NCBI GenBank assembly: GCA_903895855.1
Contig: CAITVN010000080.1
Span: forward strand, 48,092-112,091
Length of the DNA stretch: 64,000 bases
Reading direction: 5' to 3'
From: Oligoflexia bacterium
GTDB lineage: Bacteria; Bdellovibrionota; UBA1018
In this document: positions 59,707 through 64,000 of the stretch, piece by piece
Numbering within the stretch: position 1 is the stretch's first letter
Layout of the letters: every line of letters begins with the position of its first letter
The notes under the pieces: generated by a model
What the model was told of the DNA's origin: nothing
Database searches by the model: none
What the model saw: the letters and a program-made list of their open reading frames with translations, nothing else
Position numbers and translations under genes: made by a program

Positions 59707-62592
59707 TTGGGGGAGAACGCTCTGGAACCGTCAGAAGGTAGCCAAATAATCAATCAGTTGCTCGAAAGTGCTAACTTGCCAATCCAAAGGCTCGATCCCA
59801 GTCAAAGCGATCTCATGTCTGAGCTACTGATGTCTCAAGATTCGACCAACTCACGACAGGCTCCGAAGCAGCTTTCTTCAAGCACCGCCCAAAATTCACC
59901 ACACTCCGGACTGCTGAATCAATCTGAACTCTCATTTGATCATTCTCAGTCGAGCGCATCGGTTAATCAGGTGTTACGCTCACTGTTGGGTGAGCAAGCT
60001 GAAGACATCGCTACGCCAATCCAAAAAAATTATCTTTTAAACGCATCGATCACTAACCAAAGCTATTTGCCTTTTGTCGAAGACTTTAGCCTCACTCTAC
60101 AATCTGAGTTAGCACTCAGTACTGAAAAACTACTCAAGCTAAACCGAACAAGAAGAGAAGCGCTCGTCGCTCATTTAGAGTCGTTACTCGAAAAAAAATC
60201 TGGTTGTATCACCAAGAAAACAACCTCAGCCACTCGAGATTCTGAAGAAGAACTTCGAGAATGGTTAAGTCAGCCAAAGTCGTCGCAACACCACGCTGCA
60301 CTTCGAAGCTACTTCGGCGAAGTCGCTTGGTACACACTGGCACAAATCATTTTACTGAAAAGCTGGTCAGACCGAAAGATTCGAATTTGGAAAGAAGACG
60401 AACTCAAACAAATCAACTGGACGCTCTCATCAGCACTCAAACCTCACATCGCCCACAATCGTGAGCCATGGCAGATCACACGTCCCAATCTGTACTCTTG
60501 GTACACGCCTTCGCCTGGTTTTCAAAAACGTCTTTGGGAAACCCTCGATCGTTGGAACCTATCAGATGATGGATTTCCGTTACTTCAAACCCTGGTTTCT
60601 CAGCAACTTTCTGAAATTGGAGTGTCTCTTTACGACCCGAGACTCTTTGAAGTTTTGTACCGCGAATCTTCTGCGTTTGGTTTAACCTTGGCTTCGAGCC
60701 CCCAACAGACACAATCAGGAGTACTCAATCGAATCAAGTTCGCCTACACTCCGACACTGCGAGAAGGCTCACTGGTTCAATTAAGCCCACGAGGTCTGCA
60801 TTGGTTAGGCTGCGAATCAAACCCTTTCTTACTACTCATTGCCGAACTCGTTCAACTTTGGTGGGGCCCTTGCAATCCGCCACTTTGGATTCCTAATTTC
60901 GGAACTGAAATTCAAACAAGAGATCAACTCCACATGGACTGGTCACCGGCCAAAAAAAGCCTTCACGATCAAATCGGTGAAATTGGCGCTTGCGACCTTT
61001 CGATAGTCACCGAAGAATCACCGACTCGCATTAACGCCAAATCGATCGAAGCCAGCCTTGCCAGGGCCGAAATTCAGAAATCTCTCGAAAAACAAGGCGA
61101 ATCTAAGCACCCATTAATTTCACAACAAACGAGTTTAGGAACTCTTCAAACAGCAATCGCACTCTCAAAACTCAGACCCGGCGGACTTCTCTGGTGGGCT
61201 CGAGAAGAACCCCTCACCGCTTCAGAAGGCCACTCGGTACTTTCTTATTTGTTTGAAAAGGGTACCCTCATCGCCGAGTGGAATTTCTCTCAACTACAAC
61301 ATTCACTGCAAGGAACCAAACTTCCTTTTCCGAAGTATTTGTACCTATTCAAGCGAGATCCCATTGCTCTATCTCGTTGGTCAAATCACCCCATGAGAAT
61401 TACGGTTCAAGGCAGTTTAAGAAGCTACATTGAGCTCACCTCTTTACTTGACGACTGCATCACCAGTCTCAGTAAAAACCACGACCAAGACCAGTCGTCG
61501 GTTCAAAAAACAAACTGGAAAATTTTTCTACACAAAAGCCCCTCTTCACAAAAAGATTGGCTTGATAAATGGCCTCAAGTTTCTGATGAAACCTTGATTG
61601 CTGAAGCCGAAAGCATGAAGCTTGTCGGAATTCCACTCGGGCAACTCACGACCATTAGACAAGGAGCCATGAGGCAAGGTCAGGGTTTTTTCATTTGGCC
61701 TGACCTTTGCGACAAGAGTGACCGCCTACTAAAAATCGCAGCCTTCGATGCTGACAGCGAAGAGCTGAAAAAAGCGCAAAAAAAGAACCTAGTTTTTTCG
61801 ATTCTTTGTTCTGAAACTTCCTGGCTAGCTCCTCTGCGCCACTACCTTGAATCAAAGCAAGTTCACCGCTACCTTGAAATTCGTTGTGACCGAAAACAAG
61901 AACGATGGGTCTTTGACGAAGCACTACTTCGAACCCTTCCGATACCTCGAGACCTCGTCGTTGCGCTCAGCTCTGCGAATCAGCTCAGTCAACACCTACC
62001 AAGCCAACTTGAAGAAATCATTTCAGAGCTCTCGTTCTCGCCCGAAATGGCGATGAGAAATTTCACGACACAAATGAGCACCGAAGAAAAGCGTTCGTAC
62101 AAGTGGACCTTCTTTCTTGAAACGTCAAAAGAACTCAACCGGTACACCCAAACCCATCGCCCGATTATTGAACTCATGTCGTCACCCGGTAAACTCAATT
62201 GGGCGAAACTCATCAACCTCTTGCCACAAAATGAATTCATTTCACCCACCTTGCATCCGCAGGTCAGAAATTCGGGTTCACTTCCCTCTCATTTACCTAT
62301 CTCGAAATGGGAACGAGTCAAACAACCACTACCGGGCATCATTTTTCTCACCGATGGAGGGTTTCATTTACACCTCGGCTTCGAATCGACGCTGCTTCTC
62401 GACCTGATCACCAATCAACTAGAAGGGCTGCAGCACCCTACCTGGAGCGAGTTAAGTAGCCACCTGAGGCTACCGAGAAACCTCGACTGGTGGAAAATTA
62501 CCATTGAAGAAATTCTCAAGGCCCACGAAGCTCATCGCAAACGCCTCGACACTTTAAAAAACACGCTCACTCAATTACTCAATTTATGCTGA
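59707..62592 (+). CDS. Large protein resembling a degenerate N6-adenine MTase / Type IIG RM scaffold
   Basis: WYTP, GCESNP, LRPGGLL, PLGQLTTIRQG and LLRTLPIP in MTase-TRD order; no NPPY or FxGxG motif. Confidence 0.5.
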   Translation: MGENALEPSEGSQIINQLLESANLPIQRLDPSQSDLMSELLMSQDSTNSRQAPKQLSSSTAQNSPHSGLLNQSELSFDHSQSSASVNQVLRSLLGEQAEDIATPIQKNYLLNASITNQSYLPFVEDFSLTLQSELALSTEKLLKLNRTRREALVAHLESLLEKKSGCITKKTTSATRDSEEELREWLSQPKSSQHHAALRSYFGEVAWYTLAQIILLKSWSDRKIRIWKEDELKQINWTLSSALKPHIAHNREPWQITRPNLYSWYTPSPGFQKRLWETLDRWNLSDDGFPLLQTLVSQQLSEIGVSLYDPRLFEVLYRESSAFGLTLASSPQQTQSGVLNRIKFAYTPTLREGSLVQLSPRGLHWLGCESNPFLLLIAELVQLWWGPCNPPLWIPNFGTEIQTRDQLHMDWSPAKKSLHDQIGEIGACDLSIVTEESPTRINAKSIEASLARAEIQKSLEKQGESKHPLISQQTSLGTLQTAIALSKLRPGGLLWWAREEPLTASEGHSVLSYLFEKGTLIAEWNFSQLQHSLQGTKLPFPKYLYLFKRDPIALSRWSNHPMRITVQGSLRSYIELTSLLDDCITSLSKNHDQDQSSVQKTNWKIFLHKSPSSQKDWLDKWPQVSDETLIAEAESMKLVGIPLGQLTTIRQGAMRQGQGFFIWPDLCDKSDRLLKIAAFDADSEELKKAQKKNLVFSILCSETSWLAPLRHYLESKQVHRYLEIRCDRKQERWVFDEALLRTLPIPRDLVVALSSANQLSQHLPSQLEEIISELSFSPEMAMRNFTTQMSTEEKRSYKWTFFLETSKELNRYTQTHRPIIELMSSPGKLNWAKLINLLPQNEFISPTLHPQVRNSGSLPSHLPISKWERVKQPLPGIIFLTDGGFHLHLGFESTLLLDLITNQLEGLQHPTWSELSSHLRLPRNLDWWKITIEEILKAHEAHRKRLDTLKNTLTQLLNLC

Positions 62593-63695
62593 ACCTATTC
62601 AATAACAACGCTGAAACAATCACCCAGTTCTTACGCCTGTCATTTTTTGGCAATCCCGTTCACCGGTGGCTAACTGGAAGTGCTCTTTTTTTGTTTTCAT
62701 ACCTAGCTCTAAAAATCGTGCGTTCAATAGCCCGAAAAACCGTTGCTAAGAATGCCTCAAGAACAGTCACTCAAATGGACGACTGGGTTGTCTTACTGAT
62801 CGAAAAAACCCGATCATGGTTTTTGTTTGCGACCTCTTCATTTCTGGCTCTTCAAATCATTCACCTCGAACCAAAAATTGACACGTTATCTGAAAAGACA
62901 ATTGTGCTATTTTTCTTAGCTCAAATTATTGTTTGGGCGAACCACTCTCTCGATTTTTGGGTGAAATTGCGGTTGAGCCATGAATCGCATGCGAGTCCCG
63001 CTAAACACACGACGCTTGGATTTATCGCCTTAGCCATCAGAGTTTCTGTTTATGCACTCATCTCGCTCGTGGGTTTACACAACCTGGGATTCAACATCAC
63101 TGCGCTCATCGCCGGTCTGGGCGTTGGCGGTATCGCCATCGCGCTAGCTGTTCAAAACATCTTAGGTGATTTGTTTGCGTCACTGACTATCGTGTTAGAC
63201 AAACCGTTTGAAGTGGGCGACAGCATTTCTGTGGGTGATATCACCGGAACCATTGAAAAAATCGGTCTGAAAACGACTCGATTAAGAGCCGGAAGCGGCG
63301 AACAAATCATTTTTTCAAACGGCGACTTGCTCCATAGCCGAATTCGAAACACGAGCCGATTACGTGAAAAAAGAGTCGTCTTTCAAACACTCCTCGCCAC
63401 TCACACGCCGAGCCAAAAGCTCAGTGAGGTTCCCGAACTGATCAAGCGCTCAGTACTCGGGGCAGCAGGTCTGCCAACATTTACCCATTTCTCGGTGTCT
63501 TTTGAGCGCTCTCATTTATCAAGCCTTACCGACCTAGGCGCCAACTTCGAAACCTCCTATGTGGTCACGAGTAGCGTTGCCATTGACCAGCTAAACTTGC
63601 ATCAGTCGGTTTTGCTCCTATTAGCCGAAAAGCTTGAAAATTCAGGTATCAAATTAGCAAGTCGTTCGGCAAATCTTGCCTCTTATGAAAAGTAG
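62586..63695 (+). CDS. MscS family mechanosensitive channel
   Basis: ALIAGLGVGGIAIALAVQNIL, DKPFEVGD and IGLKTTRLR motifs. Confidence 0.93.
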   Translation: MLNLFNNNAETITQFLRLSFFGNPVHRWLTGSALFLFSYLALKIVRSIARKTVAKNASRTVTQMDDWVVLLIEKTRSWFLFATSSFLALQIIHLEPKIDTLSEKTIVLFFLAQIIVWANHSLDFWVKLRLSHESHASPAKHTTLGFIALAIRVSVYALISLVGLHNLGFNITALIAGLGVGGIAIALAVQNILGDLFASLTIVLDKPFEVGDSISVGDITGTIEKIGLKTTRLRAGSGEQIIFSNGDLLHSRIRNTSRLREKRVVFQTLLATHTPSQKLSEVPELIKRSVLGAAGLPTFTHFSVSFERSHLSSLTDLGANFETSYVVTSSVAIDQLNLHQSVLLLLAEKLENSGIKLASRSANLASYEK

Positions 63696-63723
63696 TTCCT
63701 TTCAGCTACTCTCTTAAGAGGTG

Positions 63724-64000
63724 ATGAATCCCCAATTTGAAATCATTTCAGACGTTAATTTACTCAGAGAGCAATCATTCGACCGCCAAGCGAGAGAGTC
63801 ACTGCTCATCGACCTAGCCAATCGTGAAGGTTGGCAACTCGCCTACCTTCATCAAGCGAAGTCACACGAAAAACGAAATTTAGTGGCGTTTATCATTTCA
63901 TCACTGAGTGTTTCGGGTGCGTGCCTGTCATTGGCAATTGAGTGGGGTTCAAAGGCGCTTGATCCGGCGCGATTGGCTGACACCCAGTATTGGCAATCGA
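63724..64000 (+). CDS. Hypothetical protein, N-terminal part (runs off window)
   Basis: GAGG SD; open frame MNPQFEIISDVNLLREQ... to the window end. Confidence 0.55.
   Translation, partial: MNPQFEIISDVNLLREQSFDRQARESLLIDLANREGWQLAYLHQAKSHEKRNLVAFIISSLSVSGACLSLAIEWGSKALDPARLADTQYWQS

Overview
This 64-kb window has mid-40s %GC by eye and most resembles Bdellovibrionota/Oligoflexia. That call is inferred from a TIGR02147/DUF4423-type regulator, many secreted hypothetical proteins, Cys-rich RCC1 repeats and a CpaF/TadA ATPase. Housekeeping genes include serB, sodB, mlaE/mlaD, a Nfu-family gene, queF, typA, rlmF, a cold-shock gene, ftsB, eno, phoH, an aminotransferase, coaD, rsmD and mscS. There are two accessory blocks. 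The first (about 14.7-23.8 kb) holds a HUH/Y1 transposase, three AAA+ ATPase genes (one deleted), an SLT protein and a vWA lipoprotein. The second (about 32.2-40 kb) is a fascin-like/RCC1 cassette bracketed by a synonymously recoded duplicate of the typA 3' end. The most striking signal is a family of three rod-like palindromic elements at 7839-8119, 24718-24849 and 51128-51398. Their 38-48-bp arms are near-perfect inverted repeats but differ between copies. The apical core is conserved: a branched hairpin plus AAAC-AGGA[G/T]-GTTT, 46/50 identical between two copies. Two copies are nested inside an outer palindrome. The third sits in frame inside a CheW-like gene and adds a single UGA. No rRNA, tRNA or CRISPR array was seen. 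All calls come from reading the sequence and motifs; no database searches were run.
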